DNA from: Euprymna scolopes
Taxonomy: Eukaryota
Assembly (NCBI GenBank): GCA_053919585.1
Contig: CM132807.1
Direction: 5' to 3' (one strand)
Length of the DNA: 64,000 nucleotides
Shown: positions 40,643-53,727 of the stretch, piece after piece
Numbering within the stretch: the stretch's first letter is position 1
Layout: every line of letters begins with the position of its first letter
Notes under the pieces: model-generated
Seen by the model: the letters and a program-made list of their open reading frames with translations, nothing else
The model's database searches: none
Told to the model about the DNA's origin: nothing
Translations under genes and position numbers: made by a program

Positions 40643-43600
40643 TCATTCCATGTCATCTTCACTAATGTCATCTATTTCTTCATTGTAGTCCTCTGAATTT
40701 TCACAGCCATCACCACATCCACAAGCATCAGAGCACATTAGTGAATTCTTATGGCATCCACATCTGTTTGTCATACAGGAACTGCGGCAGGAACATTGAC
40801 GCAGCTCTAACAATGCTTCTGGTGCTGGCACATTAATATTTAGTACAGGTACCAAATAACCATCCTGCCTCTCCCATGAAAAAATAGTTGCTGGTGGGAT
40901 GCTAGGGCATGGTTTGGTGGATAGATTCCACACCAAAACCATGTAGAATGCCCTTTGTGTGTGCGGTATGAGTTCCTAATGTAGGAGGCAACTGTCTTCC
41001 TTCCTTGGCATTTTGTGCAAAGAGTGCCCATCTCAGTTCTTTTATACTCTCTGATGTCACTTTTCCAGAAGGTTTATACAAAAGGCATATGTAGCGTTCC
41101 ATCTGGTTGACAAACCACTCTGGAACATCAGTACTCTTTCCAAATGCTGCAAAGGCATCAAGCAGGGGGGTATCACATGCCATAAATGCCTTGAAGTGAC
41201 TTGTGACTCCTTTCCCAGCAAATGCACCAGTGTTGTCAGTCCCTATGAAGGCATACCATCCCACTAATCCTTTTGCTTTCTTAATGCAGAGCTTATTATA
41301 GCTTTCAAATATTGAAATACTCTCTGTATTATTCCTAACAAAGCACGTCATTGGCGGGATTAATGAATAGTTTCCAGTAACACAGACATCTGTATCTACT
41401 GAAAATATATCCACTTTAGCATTTTCATCTTTGTGATTGACGTCCACAGCATTAAGCAGTACCAACTGGTCACCTTCCCCTAAGCAGTGACTTCCTTCTG
41501 ACATTTGTGGCATGGACACAACATTGGCAAGGTGGCAATTAGCTTCTATGATTGTGTCGTACATAACAAGAACCTTCTTTGACTTTCCTTGGTAGTGTGC
41601 TAGTACTTTCTGTGATAGATATTTGGTGAGCTCAGCCTTTGTCTGGATATGTGATAGAAACATCCTTATATTCTTTATGTCTGTACTGTCATTAACATGA
41701 TAATGGATAGCTGCTGTTTTCTTGGTTCTCTTGTCTCTTGTGGTTTGAGAGATCCTGGTCGATATTGGTCAAAGACAACACGTATTTCATCATATTGTGC
41801 CCCCATATCTTCAACCATTTCAACAAATTTGTTTGCAAAATTTAAAGCAGTAAATTTCTCGCATGTTTTTGTTACCATGTTGACAACACACATTGCATCA
41901 ATTATTAAAATTGCAGTTTGGGTGCTATTTGCTTGATCTGCTGGGGGCTGGCTTACATCTTCTGGAATAGGGAGATCCATGACCAACTTTACTAATTGGG
42001 ATTTTCCAGAAAGCATAATCATTGAACCATCTGGCTGGAAATTTGATGGTGGGGCACTGTCAAATTCATATTCTCCTATAGCATCTTTCACTTCAAATTC
42101 AGGTCATCTTTTGCCTATAACCAATAGTCTGGAAAGCAATTTCCTCTCTTGTTTGACAGCAACTAATTGGCCCTTCACCTTTGTTTTGACAACTGGACCA
42201 ACATTCTTGAAATAGGAATGTTATTTTTCTTCTGGGGATCCCAAAAGCCAACCGTCTTCTCAACCATCCTACTCGTCACAAACTTCCCCAGTGCCTCTCT
42301 TCCTAATTTATCTCTTTGTTCAATATTCTGACTGACTTCAATTGGCGGTACAGCATATGTCATCAAGTTAAACATGTCACTTTCTTCAAATGGATTTCCT
42401 AGTTTGTTGATGGCATCCACAAGTTTTGCAGCATTTTGTATCAATCTAGTACCTTTTCCACCTGTTAATTCGTGGTGAAGTGATGTTGCCTGTCTACCTT
42501 CTATTCCAGCATAGTCTTTGAACTCAATGACTCTGCTTAATGTAGGAGCAACGATAAAGTATTTGTCTAATGCTGACTCATTTCCTGTAATGCCGATGAA
42601 ACCCCCTTTGCATTTCATTTTCTTATGTTCTTGTTCAATCGCATGATCTGGATCAATTGCTGTAAATGATGCATTGTGTTTAGCAATGGTAAAGTTTCCT
42701 TCATTAAGAAATTTCCATAGATCAGGATCATTTGTCTGCATCTCAAACATGTCAGCAACATATAGCGTACCCCATCGTCCATAGTTAAACTGATCATGTG
42801 CATGGAAGTAGGACAACAACTCTTCCATTTTTGCCAAATGAAGCTTCCAATCACCTTTCCTTGTAGCAGCAATGAACATCAGCAAAACCATTACTTGGTT
42901 CATGTAGTTTGTCAGGAATTTTTAAATACCTTTCCCATTTTCTTGCCATTCCTCCATCCGTTTGAAAGTATCATTTGTCATCAGCTGATGGTGCATAAGG
43001 CTAATTTCTTTCTGAAATTCTTCTGTATCCTTGCTTGGTTCATTGATGTATGACTTAAATGATTGGACAATTTTCTTGATACCTGGTGTGATTTCTGCTG
43101 CCATTTTCTGAGAACACGGTCTGAAAGAACAAATGATGCAATGCTATGAGTGTCACTGTATGTGCTTCTATTCCTCTGTACACATGTCGCCCATCTAATA
43201 TTTGCCTCACTGTCGCTGGTCCATAAAGGTCTGACTCTTTCCAAGCTATATTAATGCCACTGCCTTCAACATACTTCCCTAAACATTTGAGAGCAGTCAT
43301 AGTAGTGTGCAAACTCCCAAGTCTAATGCACCACTGCGATTTGTAATCTTTCAATCTTACTGCACGATTATACAAGTCGCCATCTAGTGTAATCACAGGC
43401 CTGCAATCATCTCCCATAGTCATGCAATTAATCTTCTGTGCCTGCATTAGAATAGTCAAGAGTACAGGCCACTCTGTTGGACTTCTCCTGTAAAGAGGGG
43501 CACATATTCCAACATTCCAAATTGGTGTTTTCTTAGTGATAAGTGAATTATAGGTTGACCACGTAGGACATTGGAGATTCTTTTTCTGAGTACAGACTTT

Positions 43601-45598
43601 ATTTTTTGATCCAGTCGTCATAATTTCTGTTGAATTTTTATCTGACACAGCAGTAGTCACTGAACCATCTTTGGTTTCTTCATATATACCTCCCATCTCA
43701 TCTTCCTCATCTCTATTGTTTGTAGTTTCTTCCTCCATGTTTTCCAACACATATGTTTCATCTTCATTGTCTTTGGTGCCTGTGCTCCTGGCTCCCATTT
43801 CTTTAACTTCTTCATATAACTGTTTTCCTTGTGACTCTGTTCCTGCATTATCAGCTACATCTTCACCATCTTCACACTCTTCATCTTTTCTCCACTTCCC
43901 ATCCCTCAACACATTTGACAAAATCCAGCTACAGGTCAAGAACCAAATTACATTCATCTGCTCATAGACAATGTCAGTGCCTTTCAGAGTGTACAATTTG
44001 TAATTCACATGATCAACCTTTGGAATTGATGGTTTTGTCACATTGAAAGTACTTTACATCCAAATTTTCTTTTAAAGACTTGTCTTTGATACCTAGGTTT
44101 AACTTAAGTTTACCACCAAGAATAGGATTACTTTCAAGCTCTTGCTGTGCAATTTGCAAGTCTGCCCCATGAAATGGCCCTACCTCACCACTCCAGTCAA
44201 TATTGTCAATTGCAAACAAGGGTCTCACACCCTGCTTTAGAAAAGGGGGTATGTGCATGCCCTGAACACTATCATTTACATTATCCATTACAGCCAAAGC
44301 CATTCTTGTTGTTATTCTCTCCACCTCATCATACGAAACAGCCGCCTTCATGTCTGTGAGCATTTCCACTTCTGAACGTGACCTGTTTGCTTGATATGAT
44401 GTAAGGGCCAGACCAACTGTAAATGGTGTATGCTTATCCTTCTGGAACCCACCACCATCTTCAGATTCGTAGTTTACTTGTCGATTGGATCTATATGAAG
44501 ACACAATGTGCTGAGTTAAATTTCTTGACATTTTCTCTGCTTCTTCTTCTCGTTTTATATGTAGACTAGTATGTAGGCCATATGTTATCCACCTTACTAA
44601 CTGTAATAATTTATTGGTGTTTCAAAGTCCTCAAATGAGCCTAGATATTTCCAATCTTTGATGCTATCTATTTCTTGTGTAATTATCTTTGATGCTTTAC
44701 TTAGGATTTCCATCTCTTCATCTACATTTGACACTTGATACTCACGAGAAACAATTTTGTCTTTAATTTTCTTGGAGACAACTACTTCAGGTTTAGGACC
44801 ACGCTTGACAAAATCAATTCCAGGAATCTTCTCAAGAAGACGCTTTTTCAAAAGCTGCTTGTAGTTGCTAGTTAGAACTGGCACTTCATGTTTAAGGAGT
44901 TTAATGTAGGCATCATTGATTACATTAATATCAATGCCTGGAAAAGTATCACTGCTAGTTAATCTTAGTTGGACAATGTTGACAATTTCAATAATAGATA
45001 TAGCACCTCCAATGTCATCATTTTCTGTTTGTTGGTTGTTGGCAGTCTTTGATGTTTCAAGGTATCTGGTTTCTTTTCTTAAACATGTCAAGTGGTATTT
45101 TAAATCTTGTGCAAATGCATCCATTGCATCCATAAGGAGTGCTAGTCTTGCACGGACATTTTCACTTGGACTACAGTTCTTGATTTCCAAGAATTTTTTC
45201 CCCATGGACTCGCTGCACACTTCATGAATTTGTTCTCTGCCTTGATCTTGACAGAAGACACATAAATCTGAATCAAATGTTTTCCTTGATTTTGGTGATA
45301 CAAAACTTGTACTTGGCCTTCCTCGCTTTTTGCTCATTGACTCTTTTAATTCTTCTTCATGACTCCTTTCAGCTTTTGCAAGATTGCTTGTGTTACAGAA
45401 TGATTTGTAACACTTTCTATGGTAATGGTAATCTGTTCCTCTAACTATTTTCAATGTATTTATTCTATCACAAATGTTTCTGTTCTTGCAAATTCTACCC
45501 CATCTTTCACTACACAATTTGATATTGGAGAGGGATGTTTCAGTTGCAGTAGAAAACAGATTGTGCAGCTTCTCGTCGCATATGATGCATTCCTCCAT
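40643..45598 (-). pseudogene. Academ transposase-XPG nuclease-CXC protein (~1650 aa when repaired), frameshifted
   Basis: Consecutive ORFs 44597-45598, 44013-44531, 43055-44041, 42922-43104, 42175-42903, 41675-42091, 40902-41663 and 40643-40942 join through single-base shifts or stops. Transposase motifs: FAIDNIDW, VITLDGDLY, RLGSLH, GDWKLHL, NYGRW, DHAIEQ. XPG/FEN1-like motifs: IIDAM, VVFDQY, EGDQ, SVDTDV, GTDNTGAFAGKG. C-terminal CSCRSSCMTNRCGCHKNSLMCSDACGCGDGCEN. Confidence 0.88.
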
Positions 45599-45822
45599 AT
45601 TGCCGTTGTTCTGGTTACTATTGCTCCAAACACAAATCTAAGGCCAGCTGCAGCCCTGCAAAGGAAAAATACAACATTTAGAACATTGCAATATAATAAA
45701 CTTAAGATAATCAATAGAAATAAAGACATTTAGGGTTATTTTGGGGATTTTAGGTATTTTTGTCAGTAAATTAGGCAGCCAATTTGAAAATCGCTCTCAC
45801 GCGCTTAAAACGGCTCTGAAAT

Positions 45823-45939
45823 TTGGAAGACAAGTTGAAAGTGATTATCTATGATGACCTCCAACACATACAAGTGAAAAATCAATTTTGGCAAACTTTC
45901 TGAAGTAGCTATTAATTAATGACAAATGCCCCCTGACTA
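45823..45939 (-). repeat. Academ terminal inverted repeat (5' end relative to the ORF)
   Basis: TTGGAAGACAAGTTGAAAG...CAATTTTGGCAAA..TGAAGTAG..ATGACAAATGCCCCCTGACTA. Confidence 0.9.
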
Positions 45940-46339
45940 ATTCATATTATGGCTATTTAGTGCATTATATTTTTACATACCTAGAAGTGAATTACATTAT
46001 ACACTTATATAGTATCTATTAAGTCTATTACTTAATATATTCATATCTACATATGCGTTGGGGAAAGTTCTGTTAATGATTATGTATGTATTCTATTAAA
46101 CGTTTGTATGTAGAGGTGTCCTATGTTTCCCGCTACTGTTAATGTTTAGCTTTTGTCTTATTAGTCACTTGACGCTGTGTTTGCCTGTTTTTTTCTCGTA
46201 ATTAGATCTTGATTTTATTTTTATACTTTTGGCTTTATTTTAATACCCTTAACACTCGTAAGATTTCTTATATTCAGTTTTCTATTTGTATATTTATTTT
46301 TAATTTATCTTTTTCTTAATTTTATCTGATATATTTACA

Positions 46340-46595
46340 TTTTTTCTTAAAAGGAAGTCACCACTTGTCAAGGCCCGGAGGCCACTTTTGGATAAGGGTT
46401 ATTGCGTGTACAGTAATCAATGGTATAAAATTGTAGTAATACCTAGTAATGGAGATCTGAAAGTGTCTTAAGGGAAGCAGTTCATCAGGAACTTGTTTAT
46501 GTTGAACTTGAAGACATCCAAGTTTTAGTCAGGTGGGAACAGGTTGACGGAAGAGTTCCACAGGCGTGCACTTCATAGAAAGAACCTTTGTTCAT
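46340..46595 (-). mobile_element. 3'-end fragment of CR1-group LINE (family A-related)
   Basis: GTCACCACTT..GCCCGGA.GCCA..GATAAGGGTTA...GACATCCAAGTT.TAGTCAGGTGGGAA..GTTCCACAGGCGTGCA matches 39205-39420. Confidence 0.8.
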
Positions 46596-47028
46596 TTTAT
46601 TCATTTCATACAATATTTATTTTATTTTAAAACAATATTAATCAGATTTTGTGTCTCAGGATTATGGTGTTCGCACTTTTTCTCAGTTACGTTTCTATAT
46701 ATGCGTTCAGATCTTATTTACTCCATTCCTAATTGCTTTGAGGGTTTCCCCTGTATTTATAATTGAATTGTTTTTCGATACACTTTCATCCATATCTAAA
46801 ATTTTGTACTTGGATGAACTTAATTTTCGATTTGATTTTCTTAGTACTTACTGATTGTTCTTGGATCTTTATACATTATTCATATTTAATGCTTTTTTGA
46901 AAGTTATATTTTAGTTAAAATCCATCCATCTTTTTATATCAATACAAAAAATTGACATTGACATTTTTGAGAACTACTCAATTGATTATATATATATATA
47001 TATATATATATAATCATACACACACACA

Positions 47029-47797
47029 TGTTCAGGTGTTTGGTTTTGTATGCTGAGCAAAAAAAAAGGCATTTTTTTTTTTTAAACTTTGACTCCTATT
47101 ATTACCCCCTAACATTGTTTGTTTTGGGCTCAATTCAAATTAAGTTAGATCCATGTCCAAGGAAACTATATCTAAAATTTACAAGTGTTTAGACCCAAAA
47201 CTGAGTTTGGTAGTTCTCAAAGGTCAAATCGTTGAACTTTGACCCCCTTAACAGTCAAATTTCTGGCCGAAAACCGATGACATAGGTTTTCCCAAATCGC
47301 AGTACACTGTATATCGAATTCCTATTCTGTAGACTAAAAATTGAGTTATTGCGTAGGAAAATGTACACACAGACAGACGTACAGACAGATTCAATTTTAT
47401 AGATATACTTGCATGGATGACCGGCGTTGCTCGAGTATTTGGAGGGGTATGTTGAGCAAAAAAGGGGTCATTTTTTAACTTTGACCCCTATTATAACCCC
47501 TTAAAATTTCTTGTTCTGGGCTTATATATAGTTCTAAAGTTATATTTATGTCCAAGGAACCTATCTCAATTGTTTAGACCAAGAAATTGTCGGAGTTTGG
47601 TAGTTTTCAAAGGTCAAATCGTTGAACTTTAACCCCCTCCCCCTTAACAGCCAAATTTCTGGCCGAAAACCGAGCACATCGATGTTCCCAAATCTCTGTA
47701 CCCTGTATATCAATTTCTGAGTCTGTAGACTTTTGTGTACATTCCCCTATGCAATAACTCAATTGTCAGACAGATAAACACGTTTACTTTTATAGAT
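47029..47797 (-). mobile_element. Two head-to-tail non-autonomous Helitron copies (47029-47405, 47408-47797)
   Basis: ~380-bp direct duplication. Each copy ends CAGACAGA...TTTTATAGATA (reversed TC-start). Copy 2 begins CTTGCATGGATGACCGGCGTTGCTCGAG (reversed hairpin plus degenerate CTAG). Confidence 0.75.
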
Positions 47798-49137
47798 ATG
47801 GATACACAATTTGTCTTGTACTCATATTATATATTCTGATAAAAATGTGAAGTAAAACAAGGGTGGAATCCACCGAATTTTAAATTCTGTCAAATTTTCC
47901 AGGTGAGAATACCTGCTTGGATCTTGCTCTCATCTCGCATCAATTCACACGATTTTCTCTATTTTAAGGGTTTTACAAATATATTCAGAACTTACCTGTA
48001 TCTATACGCTATTCCAATATCTAACTCTCCAGATTTTCATATTGTTTGACTATGATACAATTAGCATATTCTTCGCTTCCCAGAACGCGAATCTAAATAT
48101 TTAATGTGAAATTGTAAAGTTTTTGTTTTTCATTTTAATTTCCTAAAATATTTTATCTGGATTAAAGTTTAGAATGCGACTTTTTTTTTACTTACAGATT
48201 TTTAATTTGTTTTTTCTGTAAAATGTATTTGCTTTTATTTCGTTTCTACTTTCTTTACTTTCTCCCTCCTCTGTATATTTTCTGTGAGTTAGCTGTTTTT
48301 TTTTTGTTTTTCTTTTTTTTTTAGTTGGCTGTTTTTTAATGGTGTGCCTATTCATTATTTGACCTTTGTTTGCTATTCTTTGATTCCCATTATTTCATAG
48401 TGAACCGATATTTAACTATTACTAACTGATGGTTTTTCCAGTTTTATTCATGTATTCTCCCTTTTAAACGTATATATTTACCTATTTCCGTGTAGTCATA
48501 TCTACTACATATTTCGAAAGCGGAAATCCCCCTTTGGAATAAAGTAGCATCGATTCGACACAACATATACCACATAAATAATTATGTCTTGATTAGTCGC
48601 TCTCTTATGTAACTTCATACCGAAATTTTACATTCATTTAGTCGTTAATACAATCCTATATTTAAGCTTAAGAGCATCATTATCACAACATCTTTGTACG
48701 AAGTCCTATTTTCCTTTACTAAATCTAAAATCCGACCACCGCCATCAGTCATTACCCGGAAGAAGTATACACATAACTGTATTTTCTTGGCACCTTTCCT
48801 AACTGGACCATCCACTCATTTACATAGAATTCTTACAATTTCCCGAACTGAAAATAATTTCTTCCTTCAAACATTCCGGCAATTCTCCTTGCCTTAAGGC
48901 TGAAAAATCGATTGCTTTAGATTATACAATTTCTTACAAAAACTAACGCGCTTACCTTTATGAATATCTTTTTATAAATATTAAAATAAATTCTAAAATA
49001 TAAATTCCTCATCAGATTCACGTATCACAACGCAACTACATCGTGTATAAACAATCCTTGAAATTAAAAAAAACACAGCATTTACGGATATCATTCTCAT
49101 TTATTTCAAATCTCATTGACGACAGGACAAGGATGCT

Positions 49138-49790
49138 ATTTTTCCGACGAAAACTGGGTGGACCTGTAAATTCACTCTTGTCTGTTCGTTCGTCGTCTGC
49201 CCGCAACTTTAACAATTATGCCTTGGAATTTGAAATTTTGCAGCATTAAACATGAGTAGATATGAAACAATATTTTTCAGGGGTGCCTTTCGTGCTAAAA
49301 TTTAAACTTTTGTGCTTAATAAAACAATGATTGGATTTTTATAAAACTTCCTGAAAAATTGCAACAAACTGATTTCTATATAATTGTCTATACTTCGTAA
49401 TGACTCTTGGATGCGGCGCAGGGGCTCTTTTAGGACGGATAAAACACTATTCTTAGAACTATTTTAATATTTGTTCAAAATTTCTGTTTAGCAGTTTTGC
49501 ATGGTGCTGAACACAGTTTAATGTTAATGCCTTGGACTTTTGGGGCTAGGAGGAGGGCAGATGATGGTCGTAGTCATTTTTTTTTTGTTGCATAGTGCAG
49601 AACTTAACATTACATATGTTAATGCCAAAACTGAACCGTTTGTTCATTTTCACCAGGATTTGACGTCTGCTGGGGACTTTGGGGGCTAAATAGGTGGGGG
49701 GCGACGCAAATGTTGAACCTAGTTATTTTTTATGCCTCGTTCACGGTGCACTCACAGGGGAGCTTGCATGCTTCACTTGCTTCCTTTAAT
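49138..49790 (+). mobile_element. Possible Helentron-type non-autonomous element
   Basis: T-run start, then the GTCTGTTCGTTCGTCGTCTG microsatellite, internal GGACTTT(T/G)GGGGCTA repeats and a short terminal stem GAGCTTGCATGCTTC. Confidence 0.3.
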
Positions 49791-52700
49791 TCGTTTTATA
49801 AGTGGGTATTTCTTGTTGTATTTGGATTTCTTTTCTATCCCTATGCACGCATTAACATCGCGCAGATATCCCCTCAAAAGACAAACACATTAACATTTAC
49901 GCGTACAATAGTTTTCGTTTTAGCCATTAATCGATTAGAATTAAGTTGACGCCACAATATTTGGTGTTTCATTATCGACCAATTATAAACACTTTTCTTT
50001 AAAATTATTTTTTATTTCTTTTTGTTCATTTACGTGTGCGGATTCTAACAGATTTTCAAGGTTAAATTTGGAGCAAATATGAGAAACCTCCACTCACAAT
50101 GTGGCGTGTCTATTCCGAAAGCCGTTCTTAACGAGGTTTGGAGTGACCATTCCGAAAGCCGTTCTGAACATGTGGGGATTGAGCAACAAGTAAGCTAAGG
50201 TTAGTTATAGACCAACTTTTTTTTTTTTTAAGACAAAATTTTACTTATATCAAAGTACACACTTTTACATAGCACCTTAAGTTTTCCACTATGCTGATCA
50301 ATATCACATTAACATTTAGCGGATACAAGACGTGTTTGCGATATAAAGCCCTGTATGATGCACTTTAAAACCTTGCCCACCAGATTAGCATGCACGGCCG
50401 AGGAAACAAATATAATTATCTGACCGACACTGTCAGCCCTAAATTCTATTGGTTCAATATGTTCTCACGTGGAAATCCTGACAGATATTATCACTTTTTA
50501 ACACTAGCCGGGTTTTGCTTATGGATTTCTCCGCTTAAGCTTTTTTCGAATTATCGTCCTATTTATTTTGGGTTCGAATTCCTGTCTTCAATTTTCTGTG
50601 GTGTAAATTTTGCAAGAAGTCGGCCTGAAATTATTGAAATAAGGTATATATATAAAGAGAAAATACAAATATATTGCTTAACTGGAAATACAGTAAGGTT
50701 ACTCCCAACTCGGTTTCAAATCCAGACTGCTTGATAGCAGAAATTGATTACCAGATGTCACATCAGGAATAGTCTATTGTCAGAATCTGAAGGTGTGCCA
50801 CACCAACACTTTATTCAAATTTTAAGTTAATAGAATGTATTTTTTTCGTATGGAAAACCAATAGTCACCCTTTTAAATGGTAGGTAATGTTTTCATTGCC
50901 AAACATTGAAGTTAAATGTTAATAGGTTGGTCTTATTAGATTACTCTGAGATTAGCATATATCAATAACATTTTCGTTTTCTGTTTTATAGCAAGTATAA
51001 AGAAAGCCACTAAACAATAGTCGACACTAACTTTACAGAATTTATTGCTCCAATGACAATAGTAAGCTTTATAAAGTTTCGTGTATTTAATATTTGATTG
51101 ATCGAATCGTAAAATAAAACATTATTCACGTCACATTTGAAGAGTCATATACTCTTGTGAATAAACAATATTTATCGCCAGATTTTATAGACTGTGCTTT
51201 AATATTTTATGTTTTTTAGAAAGCTCACGCAATATTTGGGTATTATGTTATCGATTGTCGATCGAATATGCCGTAATATATTTTCCTATTTAATGGCTTT
51301 TCAACTTTGTTTATTTTACTTTATTTTTTAAAACACCAGTGATAGTCCTGTTCATTGATCCGTGTTGTAGTCTCCATTTTGATCCGTATAATTTATATAC
51401 GGCTGGGAGAGTCTTCGGGATATGACAAAATTTCACTTAAATCTATTTTATACTTTCACACCGAACAAAATATATTGCATCTTGAAACCTAAGCGAATAC
51501 AATTTGGGGTATCGTTTAATAGGAAACAGTAGGCAGTTGAGCAGTGAGATGTTTGTTTACATTAATCTTTTTCTGAAGTGTAAATGTATACTCCGAAACG
51601 CAATACATCGGTAGGAAATCCGATGTAAAGCACCCTGCGGGGAGATATTAATCGAGTATAACGCTTTCGGGTATATGGATCTCGGCGTGAAATCAGGTGG
51701 AATGTTGCTGCTCGCCGGGTTAGTCGAAATATGTTATGTATTATACGAATCTTATTTAAATCCCCGATTTAATACTTCATAAACAACCACTTAGTAAGTT
51801 GCAAATACTAATTTCCATAAAGATATGCAAACTCATATTGGTATTATTTAATCCTGCACTAATCAGCACAAACTGTTCCAATTAACTTTCACAAAATTTC
51901 AATGAGTATCAAATTTTTTACACAACAGATGGTTAATCGAGATTCAAAATTTATTTTCTTTCTCCTGATTATGCATTCTATGTATTTACAATGCTCTTGG
52001 AAAACCCGCTTGCTAATTACATTAAATATAAAGTAATGATGTAATATTTTTACAGCGCGATTATCAAAGTGCAATAGTTATTGGTATAAAGTAGTTAAAA
52101 AATCTGAGGTTTACTGTGCTTGGTATAACTAGTAAATGTTGAGTAAGCTGGTAAGATGCTGCAAGTTGATTGATTTGAAATAGAATGCACTTAGCATTAT
52201 TTTCTCACGTCATGCATAAACAACTATTCTTGTCTGTTTGAAATGAACTAACAAAACTCTGAGCATATGGTCTGAGTGATTGTGTGCATAGAGCGGAAGG
52301 CACATTGCATTATTTATTCATGTTGTACCGATTTTTTTATATTAATGTCTTAACATGGAGTTGAAACTTAGTCCTCATATATGCCTTGAACATAGTTACA
52401 TATTTAATGTGTGAAAAAATCGAACGTACAAAGAATTCATCCACCGGTTTTTGAAGCTAATCTGTCTCGTGTATAAAAGAAATGTGACTCTAGACGAGCT
52501 TGGACACCTATGTATTGGTCGTTATGAAAAAATTTTAAGATTGCATTGTGATAAATTACATGTCCTAAAAAATAAGTGAAACGCATGGATTATCCAGCAA
52601 AATTGAAGCAGAGTATTACAACGACACACTAGGTTATTTTCAGAAAAATCCATATTTAATACCGAATCGGAAAAATATTAAACAAAAAATACGCAATTCT

Positions 52701-53690
52701 CTTTAAGAACGTGTAGATTCAACTGAAATAAATATAGATTATACTTGTTATTGATTTTTGGTTATTAGTAAAGAAAAAACAGTTAATACCTATTTTCAAT
52801 TTGGATTCGTTTCATCCTCAAAAACAAAGATTAAACGCATTTAAGCCTGCCTTGTCTTTACGGGCAGATGACTGATTTTGATTGTCACGTGCACCTTAAG
52901 TTTTATGAAAGAAATGGACAGAATCAGTGTAGTTTATTTTCTATTAAAACCATCTCAATGTATGCATTCTTCAGAGTTATTCTGATGTATTTTGTTTTGC
53001 ATATTTTTACAAGTATGCAACTTTGCACTAATTAAATCAATTAAACATTCGACGTTTTCCAAAGTATATTCATTTTTTTTACCAATCATTAACCAGGTTA
53101 TGTTCCATCTGAAATCACGTAAGAGAAATTTAAATAATCAGCCTGAAATGTAAAATGATAACATTACTAGAATTAAATGTAAAACCTCATTTACCTAAAA
53201 CAATTAAGGATTTAAGAATTAAGTTTATAAATTCGCCATGATTTACATATCTTAATTAAACCTTTGCCCCAAACTGATTTTCATAACGATTAATCGAGGA
53301 AAGATGATGTGGAGAAACACGAATTTCAGATTATCATGTGATAAAACAATTGGAGCATATTCAGAAAAATATGCTAAACACAATTATTGCTTATGACAGC
53401 GATATAATTATATGCAATTTAATAAAATATTTTACATACATAAACACATTTACATGGTTGGCTATACTATATGATTATTCAGCATAATCATTGACACACC
53501 GGTTCACATAAAATTACGGAAATTATGCAACGTTTACGATGGGGAACTACCAGGTGGGTGGCAATTTAGGAAGGTCATGTGCTGTATTCATGCGTGAATT
53601 GTAAACGAGTATATGATCATAATCCAATTTTAGCTGATGTTAGATAGAACATATGAAAGTAACAGGCATGGTTACATACTTATAAACACA

Positions 53691-53727
<37 letters not shown>

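Larger units (their letters stand above)
39950..45939 (-). mobile_element. Full-length Academ (AcademX-type) DNA transposon, coding-defective
   Basis: catt|TAGTCAGGG...CCCTGACTA|attc gives TAG..CTA termini and a 3-bp TSD ATT (39947-39949, 45940-45942). Imperfect TIRs at 39950-40056 and 45823-45939. One long disrupted ORF with transposase, XPG-like nuclease and Cys-rich domain. Confidence 0.88.

Noticed and set aside
40643-40942. Host tesmin/LIN54-like CXC gene
   Set aside because: It lies inside the TIR/TSD-bounded element and continues the transposase frame through a single frameshift.
40902-42091. Host XPG/FEN1/asteroid-like repair gene
   Set aside because: It is intronless, fused to the transposase and lies within the Academ boundaries.
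41697-45733. Plus-strand ORFs overlapping the Academ ORF
   Set aside because: Antisense shadows of the transposase frame with no motifs of their own.
50111-50166. 17-bp direct repeat ATTCCGAAAGCCGTTCT x2
   Set aside because: Only two copies; a local duplication with no other structure.
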